Origin: a virus
Lineage: Duplodnaviria > Caudoviricetes
IMG/VR virus record: IMGVR_UViG_3300045741_000082
Span: 1 to 62,486 of that record
Direction: 5' to 3' (one strand)
Length of the DNA: 62,486 bases
Shown one piece after another: positions 1-9,500 of this stretch. The translations under genes were made by a program, and so were the position numbers. Each line of letters opens with the position of its first letter. Positions within the stretch are counted from its first letter, which is position 1. Below the pieces are notes generated by a model that was not told the DNA's origin, ran no database searches, and saw nothing but the letters and a program-made list of their open reading frames with translations.

Positions 1-1
1 T

Positions 2-133
2 CTATATACGCTAGACTGTCTTAACCACGATAACAAGTTAATAAGTAAATATTCCCCTATAGAGTTGGATATGTATTGGGAGATAACTGGAGAATATGAC
101 AAAACTGTTAAAATACTATATGGTGCTAAATGA
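2..133 (+). CDS. Partial small protein (5' end outside the window) ending in the KxLY tag
   Basis: Frame open from position 2 (LYTLDCLNHD...DKTVKILYGAK*); its stop overlaps the next start (ATGA). Confidence 0.7.
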   Translation, partial: LYTLDCLNHDNKLISKYSPIELDMYWEITGEYDKTVKILYGAK

Positions 134-405
134 AATATGATTATAATACATTTAAAGAATTGTTTGATGCTCATATTCACTATGCTTATGAGGGTCAATA
201 TGGTTGCAGTTTGGATACTGAAGATCATGTTGTAGAGTGTGCGGCGTTCTATAAGCTCTACCTTAACTCTGACGGTACTGGACAATATAAGACTGAACAC
301 TTTACGTTTGACCCTAGACTGTGGCCTAAAGTAAAACTACTAGTAGAATTACTTACAGAAACACCAGCAGAAAAAATACTATTTAAGGAAATAAAAAAAG
401 GCTAG
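130..405 (+). CDS. Hypothetical protein with KILF tag variant
   Basis: 91 aa ORF coupled to the upstream gene; ends PAEKILFKEIKKG. Confidence 0.75.
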   Translation: MKYDYNTFKELFDAHIHYAYEGQYGCSLDTEDHVVECAAFYKLYLNSDGTGQYKTEHFTFDPRLWPKVKLLVELLTETPAEKILFKEIKKG

Positions 406-444
406 AATACCAACCTTCCGAGGAGAAGAGGTTAGCATCTAGCC

Positions 445-482
445 CAAAAACTCCCATCATAGGAGTTGTTTAATTATTTTTA
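445..482. terminator. Probable bidirectional intrinsic terminator between convergent gene blocks
   Basis: AACTCC-N7-GGAGTT hairpin with an A-run on the left and T-rich sequence on the right; a second hairpin GGCTAGA...TCTAGCC lies at about 400-444. Confidence 0.55.
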
Positions 483-483
483 C

Positions 484-1923
484 TTATATATTTTCTACTT
501 TAAACGGAATTACTAACTTATACTTACCAGAACCAGTAATACTTGTATCAATTACAGTTTGAGATCCATTAATAGCATCAGATACAGAAGCATTAACATC
601 GGTAGTTGTGAGTTTACCAGACATCTCTAGTTCAACTCTTCCAGTAGAATATTTATCTGGAGCTACTTGGAATGTTATGATTCTATCTTCTGCTTGATCT
701 TCATCATCTTGGTGATCTACTGTTCTTTTGGATTTATTTTCCAAATGTTTTGGACTTTTATCCTGAGAAACATCAATACCTGCATCGCACATTATTTGTA
801 ACATAGGGGTTACGTGTTCAAGATCTACGCTTAATACTTTAACTTTTCTATTGTTCTTGTCATATAAGCTAACTTTACAGTGAGCATCTGGATCTGAACT
901 AGATATTAGAGCAGTTAGGTCTAATTCTATATGAGTCAAAGCAGGAGTTACAACAGGTGTGGAAACAGAGAGCACTCCGCTGCCCACAGATGTTATGGTT
1001 ATGATTTGTGCTGGATTAGCATTAGGAGTAGTAGCTAAGAAGAAATAACGATTAGGGTTTCCTATAGGAGGAAGATTTCCTTGTGTGCCTGGTGGGAAGT
1101 CCTGCCTATAGTAGGTTGTGTTGGCGTTAAGGGGCGCTGGCAATGTTCCAGTACTAGTCAATTTAAGAGGAGTATTATTATCAAGACCTGCAGCAAAAAC
1201 TGGAGTATCCATCAATAACCATCCATGAGGAGTGATCTGATCTGGAGTTCCTACATATGAATAAACAGTATACCCGATAGAATCAGTCAAAGGACCATTA
1301 GTGTATCCTGACACTGACATGAATGGAGACCCTACATTTATTATAGAAGCTGCAATGTTGCTTTTACATCCCTGTAAAGTTAAAGTTACAGATGTGCTAG
1401 TGGTCGTAATAACTGGGGTACAAGAGATTCCAAATGCAGAAAAAGATTGTTGTAGAGTCAACAATTGATTGCCTACTCCTGGGTTCTCTGCAGCACCATT
1501 TTGTAGCCATGCCGCAAAATTATCAACAGTTCCTTGTATAGTATTCGCTGGAACTGGACCTTGTTTCGGAAGACCTGGATATGCTCCCCAAAAAGAAGCA
1601 AAAATACTGTACTGACTTGCTGGAACTTCCCCATTTTGAGTGATACCAAAGCGTAAAGCTACGGAAGTTGCTCCTCCTGATGTCGCAGGAGCAGTAAAAT
1701 TCCAAGTAATGGCTGGAGTAGTCGTTCCTAACACAGCGTCAGAATAAGATCCTACTGACACAGTATTTGAAGACTGAGTTAATTGATCCTTAACAACATC
1801 CTGCGTTCCACCATTTGACATACTAACTACGATATCTTGCTTACCAGATACTTGGGTAGTTGTAATACCTTTTATTGTTTCTGTAGCTTGTGATCCAAGT
1901 ACAGTTAATTTTTTTAATGACAT
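484..1923 (-). CDS. Hypothetical protein, probably virion-associated (Thr/Ser/Gly-rich, beta-rich)
   Basis: 479 aa with a GGAG Shine-Dalgarno (SD); last gene of the late block. Confidence 0.6.
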   Translation of the reverse strand: MSLKKLTVLGSQATETIKGITTTQVSGKQDIVVSMSNGGTQDVVKDQLTQSSNTVSVGSYSDAVLGTTTPAITWNFTAPATSGGATSVALRFGITQNGEVPASQYSIFASFWGAYPGLPKQGPVPANTIQGTVDNFAAWLQNGAAENPGVGNQLLTLQQSFSAFGISCTPVITTTSTSVTLTLQGCKSNIAASIINVGSPFMSVSGYTNGPLTDSIGYTVYSYVGTPDQITPHGWLLMDTPVFAAGLDNNTPLKLTSTGTLPAPLNANTTYYRQDFPPGTQGNLPPIGNPNRYFFLATTPNANPAQIITITSVGSGVLSVSTPVVTPALTHIELDLTALISSSDPDAHCKVSLYDKNNRKVKVLSVDLEHVTPMLQIMCDAGIDVSQDKSPKHLENKSKRTVDHQDDEDQAEDRIITFQVAPDKYSTGRVELEMSGKLTTTDVNASVSDAINGSQTVIDTSITGSGKYKLVIPFKVENI

Positions 1924-1935
1924 TGTAAAATCTCC

Positions 1936-2208
1936 TTATTCTAAGTTATTAATTGATTCTAAAAAATCTTTATCTAAACCAGCAACAGTATCAGCATCCA
2001 ATTTAGATGCTAATAATTTTACCATCTGTTTAAGCTTTTCATTCTTTTCGCTTAAAATGGTTAGAGCTTGAGAAGCCTCTTCATGGCTCATCTTGCTATC
2101 TATCTTAGAATTAAGTATATCCAATGCTGGAAATACTGTTTGAACTATATAATCCAGAACCTCTGAAGATTGCTCTGGATTATAACCACTTATAGGTTTT
2201 TTTGACAT
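1936..2208 (-). CDS. Small coiled-coil protein
   Basis: 90 aa with AGGAG SD; its C-terminal KLDADT motif resembles that of the upstream gene. Confidence 0.7.
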   Translation of the reverse strand: MSKKPISGYNPEQSSEVLDYIVQTVFPALDILNSKIDSKMSHEEASQALTILSEKNEKLKQMVKLLASKLDADTVAGLDKDFLESINNLE

Positions 2209-2217
2209 ATTATCTCC

Positions 2218-2421
2218 TTATTTAACGGAGTTTATAGTGGCTTGGTAATTAGTGTCAGTTACTCCAGTGTCGTTGTCTAACTTAGTAGTCAAAACTACTA
2301 CTTGTCTTTGAAGTCTCTCTACCTGGGCCAATAAGTCTGCCACCAAACCTGGGCTTGATACTTTTTTGAGCTTATTGGGTTTCAGATTTCTTTTCTTTAA
2401 TGCTGAATTTCCTACTGCCAT
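2218..2421 (-). CDS. Small coiled-coil protein
   Basis: 67 aa ending LTTKLDNDTGVTDTNY. Confidence 0.7.
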   Translation of the reverse strand: MAVGNSALKKRNLKPNKLKKVSSPGLVADLLAQVERLQRQVVVLTTKLDNDTGVTDTNYQATINSVK

Positions 2422-2432
2422 AAATACCTACC

Positions 2433-2927
2433 TTATTTGTATGATGCTTTAACATCTGAAATTTGAAAACGGCAGTGAATATTAGATTCTAGTGCCCCAA
2501 ATGTTGGAATATCTTCTAATCTTGCTACAGTAGAGCTAATAATAGCTGTTACTTTTAGGTACTTAGCTTTGGCTGAACCTGAGAGTACTCGAACTATATC
2601 GCCTGGTTGTAAACCAATGTCAGCGATGAGTCCAGCGGCCATAGTAAGCTTCATTCCGAAGTCTAATACTCCAAAATCAAATCTTTCTAGGCTTGTGGCC
2701 TTCATCCGTTTAGAGACTTTAGGCTCATAACGAATCATATCAATACCGAAGCTTCTATCCAATCTACGTTGAATCTTTCTTTCCAATTGATATGCTTTTG
2801 GGCTGCGAGCCATAGTTTCTTCACCACGACTCATCTTATCAAAACGATCAAACTCTTGCGTTGCGTGAGCTTTTACGTTCTTAGCTCTTCGATTTATTTT
2901 ATTAACTAATTTTAGGGCTTTTCCCAT
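2433..2927 (-). CDS. Hypothetical protein with a C-terminal beta-domain
   Basis: 164 aa with AAGGA SD; LQPGDIVRVLSG...KVTAII motif. Confidence 0.7.
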   Translation of the reverse strand: MGKALKLVNKINRRAKNVKAHATQEFDRFDKMSRGEETMARSPKAYQLERKIQRRLDRSFGIDMIRYEPKVSKRMKATSLERFDFGVLDFGMKLTMAAGLIADIGLQPGDIVRVLSGSAKAKYLKVTAIISSTVARLEDIPTFGALESNIHCRFQISDVKASYK

Positions 2928-3020
2928 ATTATTTTTCCTTTGTACCTTACTGTTGAAAACTCTACTAATTCTAGTAGTAGATTAAAGAATGCTAGGTAAA
3001 GCAGCTAGACTATTCTTTTA

Positions 3021-3425
3021 TTATGGTATAAAAAATCTATTTCCACTTTTAGGTGGAACTATTTGAAAATGAGTCCATCCCAGAGTATAATCTGGATGCT
3101 CTAACCAAAGTCCTATATCTTCAAGTAATTTAACATTATTCTGACACCAAGTATCTAATTCACCTTTAGGATCAGATATATCAACTGCTTGACCATATAA
3201 ATGCTTTGATTGCATAGGTATTCTGTTTTGATCAGTAATACCTTTTCTTTTATAAATATCTAAGTGTTCTTGTAAGGACCTATAACCAGAAGTAACAATC
3301 ATAGGTTTTCCATAAGCAATTCTAATTTTGTTTATTTTTTCTAATAAGATCATTAAGTTTCCTTGATGATCTGAAGGTAAGGAATTAAAATCCTTACCTC
3401 CAAGTAATTCTTTTAAATCTATCAC
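3021..3425 (-). CDS. Peptidase M15-family endolysin (Zn D-Ala-D-Ala or L-Ala-D-Glu peptidase)
   Basis: Motifs VTSGYRS, SKHLYGQAVD and WTHFQ; GTG start with GAGGAG SD. Confidence 0.85.
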   Translation of the reverse strand: MIDLKELLGGKDFNSLPSDHQGNLMILLEKINKIRIAYGKPMIVTSGYRSLQEHLDIYKRKGITDQNRIPMQSKHLYGQAVDISDPKGELDTWCQNNVKLLEDIGLWLEHPDYTLGWTHFQIVPPKSGNRFFIP

Positions 3426-3446
3426 ATATTCTCCTCGTATAAATTA

Positions 3447-5030
3447 TTAAACTATACTTGTGATAATTCCATTAGTTACTGTAACTGTTTTTGAATCAAC
3501 TGTTGTAAATGTACCTGAAGCACCATTTGCTGGCGTTACTGTAGCAGCAGACACGTCAGTTGTAACAACAACATTGTTGGCATACACATTGTTCCACTCT
3601 TGTCCAACATCACCTAAATTTTGAACATCATTGTCTAATGGCAATAAATGAACATGGGCTTGCATCGAGCCAGGACCCTGCCAATCTAAAGCCGTGCTTC
3701 CATCCGTAGCTCGAAGCTCTCTGTCTACCCAGCTTAATGCATCCACGTTAGATTGGTCTTTTAAATGCCTATTCTCCCAATTTATTGAATCTTGCCCAGT
3801 TGAATCAAGCATGGCTTTAGCATCCCAATTAAGAACGACGCTTTCTGTTTGCGATAGTAGGACTCGGTTTACCCAATCAACTGACTGCCTTGATGAGTTA
3901 TCAAGGGCTACCCTATTCTCCCAATCTATAGAAGGATTCGCTGATGAGTCGAGCGCAGATCTTGTCTGCCACTGCAATGAGACAACACCACCGGCATCGT
4001 AAAGTGTTCTCCCCGTAATTCCAGAATCATATTTTATAGACAGTGCGCCGCTTGAATCTTTAAGTGAAGACGTAAAACTTAATATTCCTGTTCCATCATT
4101 TTCTATTGTCTGACCTGACGTTCCAGTATCAGGCGGTAAAGTTAATGAATAAGAACCAGAAATGCTATTTAAGGTTTTTATTTCTATATCTCCACCTGAA
4201 GTGCGTAGTTTTAAAGAGCCTCTAACTCCTCCGCCATCTCCGACTACCAACGATTGACCAGGTGATGGAATAATAGTTATATCTGTTGCTGGGGAAACAT
4301 TACCAGCAGTAAGTAATTTTACAAAATTTAACCAACCTAATCCTTGAAGCTGCAAACCAGCAAACTTATTGTCAAACTTAAGCATACCATTACCAAAAAC
4401 ATCAGCAAGAATATGATTGTTCATATCTATGCCTATTTTAGTAGGGTCATAGTTAGATCGAAGTCCACGAGCATTAATAAATTTTGTTGGTAAATTTAAA
4501 TCTTCAGTAATATTAGTAGTAGTCAAATTGCTAAGTGAAGTATTAGCCCCACTTCCACCAGAGGCGGATATAGTAAGATTATTTCCAGAAGGAGTTACGC
4601 TTATTCCTGATCCAGCAACTATAGAAACTGATCCAGTTATGCTATTAACGTCACTTACTCCACCTGAACCACCAGCATTATTTATATCTACATCCAATAT
4701 TCTCCAACTATCATCTTCATAGCCCCAAAGTTCTCCAGCATGAGTACCTTGCTTTATAAATAAAGCGTCTCCTGGTGCTGCCATTCCATCAGAAATTAAA
4801 CCATCTACAGCTAACTCTAATTGTCCTTTATGAACTTTGTATACTCTGTTGTTTAATGATGAGTCTGATAAAGCTGTAAATAAGGCTCTATCTCCTTCTT
4901 CTAAAACAATAGCATCTACTGTTAAGTCTGTAGGTAGATCGCTACTATCAGAATCTAATACAACAACTGCCGCTCTATGATTATAAGAACCTATATCAGG
5001 ATTATTAAATATTCTATTTGATAATTTCAT
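3447..5030 (-). CDS. Fibre or spike-like virion protein with ~15-aa tandem repeats
   Basis: Fibre motifs VSDVNSITGSVSI and YSLTLPPDTGTSGQ; repeated LxDxxxxxSxxWxNR; C-terminal TVTVTNGIITSI. Confidence 0.7.
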   Translation of the reverse strand: MKLSNRIFNNPDIGSYNHRAAVVVLDSDSSDLPTDLTVDAIVLEEGDRALFTALSDSSLNNRVYKVHKGQLELAVDGLISDGMAAPGDALFIKQGTHAGELWGYEDDSWRILDVDINNAGGSGGVSDVNSITGSVSIVAGSGISVTPSGNNLTISASGGSGANTSLSNLTTTNITEDLNLPTKFINARGLRSNYDPTKIGIDMNNHILADVFGNGMLKFDNKFAGLQLQGLGWLNFVKLLTAGNVSPATDITIIPSPGQSLVVGDGGGVRGSLKLRTSGGDIEIKTLNSISGSYSLTLPPDTGTSGQTIENDGTGILSFTSSLKDSSGALSIKYDSGITGRTLYDAGGVVSLQWQTRSALDSSANPSIDWENRVALDNSSRQSVDWVNRVLLSQTESVVLNWDAKAMLDSTGQDSINWENRHLKDQSNVDALSWVDRELRATDGSTALDWQGPGSMQAHVHLLPLDNDVQNLGDVGQEWNNVYANNVVVTTDVSAATVTPANGASGTFTTVDSKTVTVTNGIITSIV

Positions 5031-5263
5031 TATTCTTCCCTTTCACTAGAAGTAGGTGTATGTTGTCTTTCATACTCACTATATGAATGTTGTGGATGAT
5101 CTAATCCAGTTTCATGCATACTATCGTCCTTAATTTTTTTAGTACCTAAACTTTCTCTTTTTTCTTGAGAAGCATTATCTTTATCTGGATTTCTTTGTTG
5201 GTCTGCACTAGGTTTTTTAGTACCTTTTTCTCCCAACTCTTCAGATTTCTTAGTAGCAGCCAT
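5030..5263 (-). CDS. Small highly charged, disordered protein
   Basis: 77 aa, K/E/S-rich, contains GLDHP. Confidence 0.65.
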   Translation of the reverse strand: MAATKKSEELGEKGTKKPSADQQRNPDKDNASQEKRESLGTKKIKDDSMHETGLDHPQHSYSEYERQHTPTSSEREE

Positions 5264-5265
5264 AA

Positions 5266-5592
5266 TTAACCTCTACGTTTATAGGAGTCATATCCTTTAT
5301 TCATAGGATGATCCATCCCGTCTTCGTGGTGTTCTTTCTTAGAACTTTCTTTAGACTCATGAGCAGCTTCTTCTCGTTGGTCAGAGAGATCGGCTTCACC
5401 CTCTTTTTTCTTTTTGGGGTCTGGTTGACCTTTGTGTTCTGAAGCTTCTTTTTTGGGGCTTTCAGTTTTCTCATGTTTCTTACTCTCTTTCTTATCTTCC
5501 GACTTGCCCTTCATAAAGGGTGGCATCTTCTTTTCAGATTTGTCTTCTTTTTTATCGGCCTTACTTTTTTCTTTCATTTCTGGTTTTTTCAT
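5266..5592 (-). CDS. Small highly charged, disordered protein
   Basis: 108 aa, K/E-rich, contains GMDHP; GGAG SD. Confidence 0.7.
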   Translation of the reverse strand: MKKPEMKEKSKADKKEDKSEKKMPPFMKGKSEDKKESKKHEKTESPKKEASEHKGQPDPKKKKEGEADLSDQREEAAHESKESSKKEHHEDGMDHPMNKGYDSYKRRG

Positions 5593-5741
5593 TAACTTCT
5601 CCTCTTGTATTCTTTCATTTCTAGCTCTTGTTTTTTAGCTTCTTCTAAATCGTCTTTATGACTGGGGCTTTTGAGTACTTTTACTAGATTTTTATGTTCT
5701 TTTAAAAGTTTCTTTTTAGACATCTTTATTGTATCAGACAT
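5592..5741 (-). CDS. Unlisted 49-aa charged protein
   Basis: MSDTIKMSKKKLLKEHKNLVKVLKSPSHKDDLEEAKKQELEMKEYKRRS* fills the gap between neighbours exactly. Confidence 0.6.
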   Translation of the reverse strand: MSDTIKMSKKKLLKEHKNLVKVLKSPSHKDDLEEAKKQELEMKEYKRRS

Positions 5742-5742
5742 A

Positions 5743-5988
5743 CTATTTATTCCATTTCTTTGTTGCTTCGCTCATATTAGCTCCACGACGAGATTGATTT
5801 GCCATGTGTTCATGGTCAGAACAATGAATGTCTGGACTACCTTTCTTTTCTTTAGGAACTTTTAGACCTTTCTCTCTAGCCTCACTAAGAGCTATAGCTA
5901 CTTTTTGGGCTTGAGGTCTATCTTCACCCTTCATTTTGTGCATCTTAGCACCAATAGCTTTTTCGGCTTTTTTACTATATTTAGACAT
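5743..5988 (-). CDS. Small basic protein, DUF6496-like
   Basis: QKVAIALSEAREKGLKVP resembles the DUF6496 motif QAIAIALSEAR. Confidence 0.55.
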   Translation of the reverse strand: MSKYSKKAEKAIGAKMHKMKGEDRPQAQKVAIALSEAREKGLKVPKEKKGSPDIHCSDHEHMANQSRRGANMSEATKKWNK

Positions 5989-5997
5989 TTCTACTCC

Positions 5998-6186
5998 TTA
6001 GTAAGGTTTGTCATAACTCGTTGGTATTTCTCCAGGTCTTCTTTTACATTGGGTGCAAAATAAAAGACCTTGGAGGTCATAAGTCCATTTGTGTAGTTTA
6101 CAAATTTTAGTACTTTGGCTCTTTTCCTCAAATTTGCCATAGGCAATTACTGCAAATAATATAAGTATTGATAAAAATAAGAACAT
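5998..6186 (-). CDS. Small membrane-anchored protein with Cys/His motif
   Basis: N-terminal hydrophobic helix; CxxHxW...CxxC. Confidence 0.55.
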   Translation of the reverse strand: MFLFLSILILFAVIAYGKFEEKSQSTKICKLHKWTYDLQGLLFCTQCKRRPGEIPTSYDKPY

Positions 6187-6198
6187 AAAAATTACTTT

Positions 6199-6576
6199 CT
6201 ATGTTGTGGGTTCAGTAGGCCATTGTATAGCAGATACATCTAAATTATCAAGGGATGCTGGATCTGTTTTATATGAATTGGTAATATCCAATAAAGCCTG
6301 TCTGTAAGCCTTAAGTTCATTTTTTTCTTGAGTAGTCCAAGAATTAAGATAGGCTAAATTACACAATATATCTGCTCTTTTTAACTTAGCTTCACGAGCA
6401 GCTCTTATTTCACTTAATTTATCGTTTCTAGAACTGTCTAGTTGCTTACTTGCTATGGTTGCTTGCGCAGCTTCCATTTCCTCTTCTGACACTTCTGTAT
6501 ACCCATTTGGTATAGATCCATCTACGGAGAAAAGAATAACAATGTCATTGTCGGAATTTTTAACTAATTTTTTCAT
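6199..6576 (-). CDS. Tail fibre assembly chaperone
   Basis: IRAAREAKLKRAD...YRQALLDIT...WPTEP signature; directly follows the fibre gene. Confidence 0.8.
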   Translation of the reverse strand: MKKLVKNSDNDIVILFSVDGSIPNGYTEVSEEEMEAAQATIASKQLDSSRNDKLSEIRAAREAKLKRADILCNLAYLNSWTTQEKNELKAYRQALLDITNSYKTDPASLDNLDVSAIQWPTEPTT

Positions 6577-9500
6577 TATCCTTCCTCCTCTTCATCAACA
6601 AGTTCACCAAATACTGCTAGGCTCCAATTTTTATCCGTATAGCCAGTGTCAGCGGCATTCCTAATAGCTAACGCAATACTATGATTTGTTTTTAAAGATA
6701 TATTGCCATTCTGACCAGCCCCAAATTGAGCGGAAACGTCATAAATAAATCCAGATATAGCATAATTACTTGAGGTAAAGGGTCTCCTAAAAAATACATC
6801 GTATTGACCAGTTGCTATTTTAACAACTGAAGCTATGTTATAAGATGCTAATACTATGGAATTAGTAGAATCAAACGTTACCCAAGCTTTGGCTTTTCCA
6901 AGATCAACGTTATCCTGTTCCCCTAATTTTGCAACCTCTATTGCGGGTTTAATAGACAAAGACCCATTTTTATAATCTGCAAAGTGAATAGGAGTTATAA
7001 CGTTCATGCCATAAAAAGCAAAAGTATCTGTGGCAGAACTTTTTATTACTTGTATAGTGTGTTGCCCTAATGGAAGTCCAGTTATTTGAAGAGATGATCC
7101 TGCCGTACCACCATCTAACCAAGTAGAAGTCCCTGGAGTCCAAGTAGGTACTGCTCCCCCATTGTATGATACTTGTGCCGCTCCAGTATAGAGTGTTCCA
7201 TCTATAGATATTTTTCTAGTATTAGGAGTTGTTGTATAAGAACTTATTATCTCTATGCCAGTACCAAAAAACGTATATGTTACAGCTTGGTTATTTGAAG
7301 TAGTACTAACATAAAATCCTCTAGTAGTGCTTACGTCCGCAACTTGTTGAACGGTCCAACCACTAGAATAAAAATTTTCTCTCATGGGACTTTTATATAA
7401 AATTCCTTGAGATAATGGAGTTCCTATGCTAGAATCTTGCGTTGTAGATCTAGAATAATCTGCCATTATAAAATATTCATCAATTTCTATTGATCCGATA
7501 GGTATAGACGGTTTTTTAGGTCCGTAAATAATAAAATCAGTTAATCCAAAATCTTGTAATACGGTCGCTGGAGCCGCAAATCTAACTGTATGAGTTCCAT
7601 AAGGAAGATTTGCAACTATTTTTTGTACTCTTTTATCCGCTGTTGCTGTCGTAGGAAGAACAGAGACATTAAGCACTCCATCTATATAAAGACCGACGTT
7701 AGGTATTGTACCTGTTCCTTGATCAGACCTAATTATATCTAATCCAGTACCAACAAAAACTATTGTTAAATTTCCTCCAGTTCCTGCTATAAAAAGAGAA
7801 TCGTTTGTGGTTCCAGAGGCAGCTACGTTATCTCCGATTAAAGTTGTCGTTCCATCATTTAACACAAAATATTTATCAGATGAACCTGTAGACAATCCAT
7901 TAAAATCTCTAGCTCCAGTAGTACCAAACTCCCTCCAATTAATAGTTCTAATTGGATCTTCTGAACTATGATCAGCACTGGCTAGATAAGTAGGGGCATT
8001 TGTTGATGTAGGTTGTAGAATTTTTTGTAAATTGGCTCCATCATAATATACTACTACTCTTCCACCTTTAGTTCCCAATGTTCCAGATATAAATCCAGAA
8101 TCATAAGGAGTTGTTTGTGTGGTTAATAAAGCGGCAGATAGACCATTAGCATAAGCTGTTCCTGGTGGAATAGTTATAGGGGAGCTAGCTTGTACGGTTG
8201 ATGTTTCGGTTATTATGTCAAAGCCATAAACCCCTAAAGGATTAATAGCGGTGTTATTAGTAATCTTTACTGTATTAGATCCTGAAGCTGAAAGTCCAGT
8301 AACAACGCTGGCTGAATTTGATACGCTTGCTATATTCTGAACCACATTTACTGAATACCCAAAACCTCCAATATTAGTATTACTACTGGAATCTGAGGTT
8401 GATGCTCCACCATTAGCGGAAACTAAAATACTATGAGATCCTAAGTGTAGCAGATCTAAAGCTGTACCATTAAACGTAATCTCTACGTATTCTCCTACTA
8501 CGGATGTCTGCGGATATGTTCCACTCGTAGTAGAGACTAGCGTCCAATTTGCTCCAACAAAACGAACTCTTTCATCATCAGATCTCCAAACTGGCTCTCC
8601 GTTAGGACCCTTTTCATTTGGAACTCTTCTGAGATTTTTAAAGCCAACTCTTTCTATTCCATATGCTGGTCTAACGGTTTGATTTGGGTCAAATGTGGTT
8701 CTTTTATTTCCGCTTAAATCTTGAACTGTAATGGCGGTATACGCCGTTCCAGAAGTCAAAGGATTAGGAGACTGAAATGGCTCTGCTACATTAGTCAATA
8801 TATTTTGTATTGCTTGAAGATTTGTACTTGCTCCAGTAGCAGATCCCAATCGAACAGTTTGATTAGGCTCGATAATTTGTTTATGTAATGGTATGTGCAA
8901 ATATCCAGAACCAGATACGTCTACCCTTCTAAATAAAACTATAACGTCTTTATTTGCTTGGGTTTGAGCAGGTATGGCCAAAGTTCCAGACTTATTTAAA
9001 GTCAGAGTTTCACTAGTAGAAGATCTATTGATAGATACCCAAGCACTTTCACCGTTAGATAAACTAATGGGACTATTAGCTATAGATATTGTATGCTGAG
9101 TAATAGTTCCAGATTTAGTGTTTATCACTTCTACAATTATGTTTCCTGGAAAACTTAAGCTAGATCCATCCCAAGTCACTGGATTATCTGATCGCAAATA
9201 CATGCTGCGGTCTTCTTGATTATCCCCAATTGCATCAGTTAACTGACCAGCCCTAGAAGTTAAGGATTCGTTTGCCGTCCCTCTTATACTGGAAGAATAA
9301 CTTGGTTGGCTAGAACTTGTGTCCGTAGCACCTACGTAAGTTAAATTCTGGTCTGACATCTGAGAGTACAAAGTAGATGATTGTCCAGATTTTAATCTAG
9401 TAGAACTAGATCCAACTATAACGTCAGTTCCCTCTCTTCGTGCTATTATTAAAGCATTAGTTGGGATAGTGGATAAAGATCCTACGCTGACAGTTAAGTT

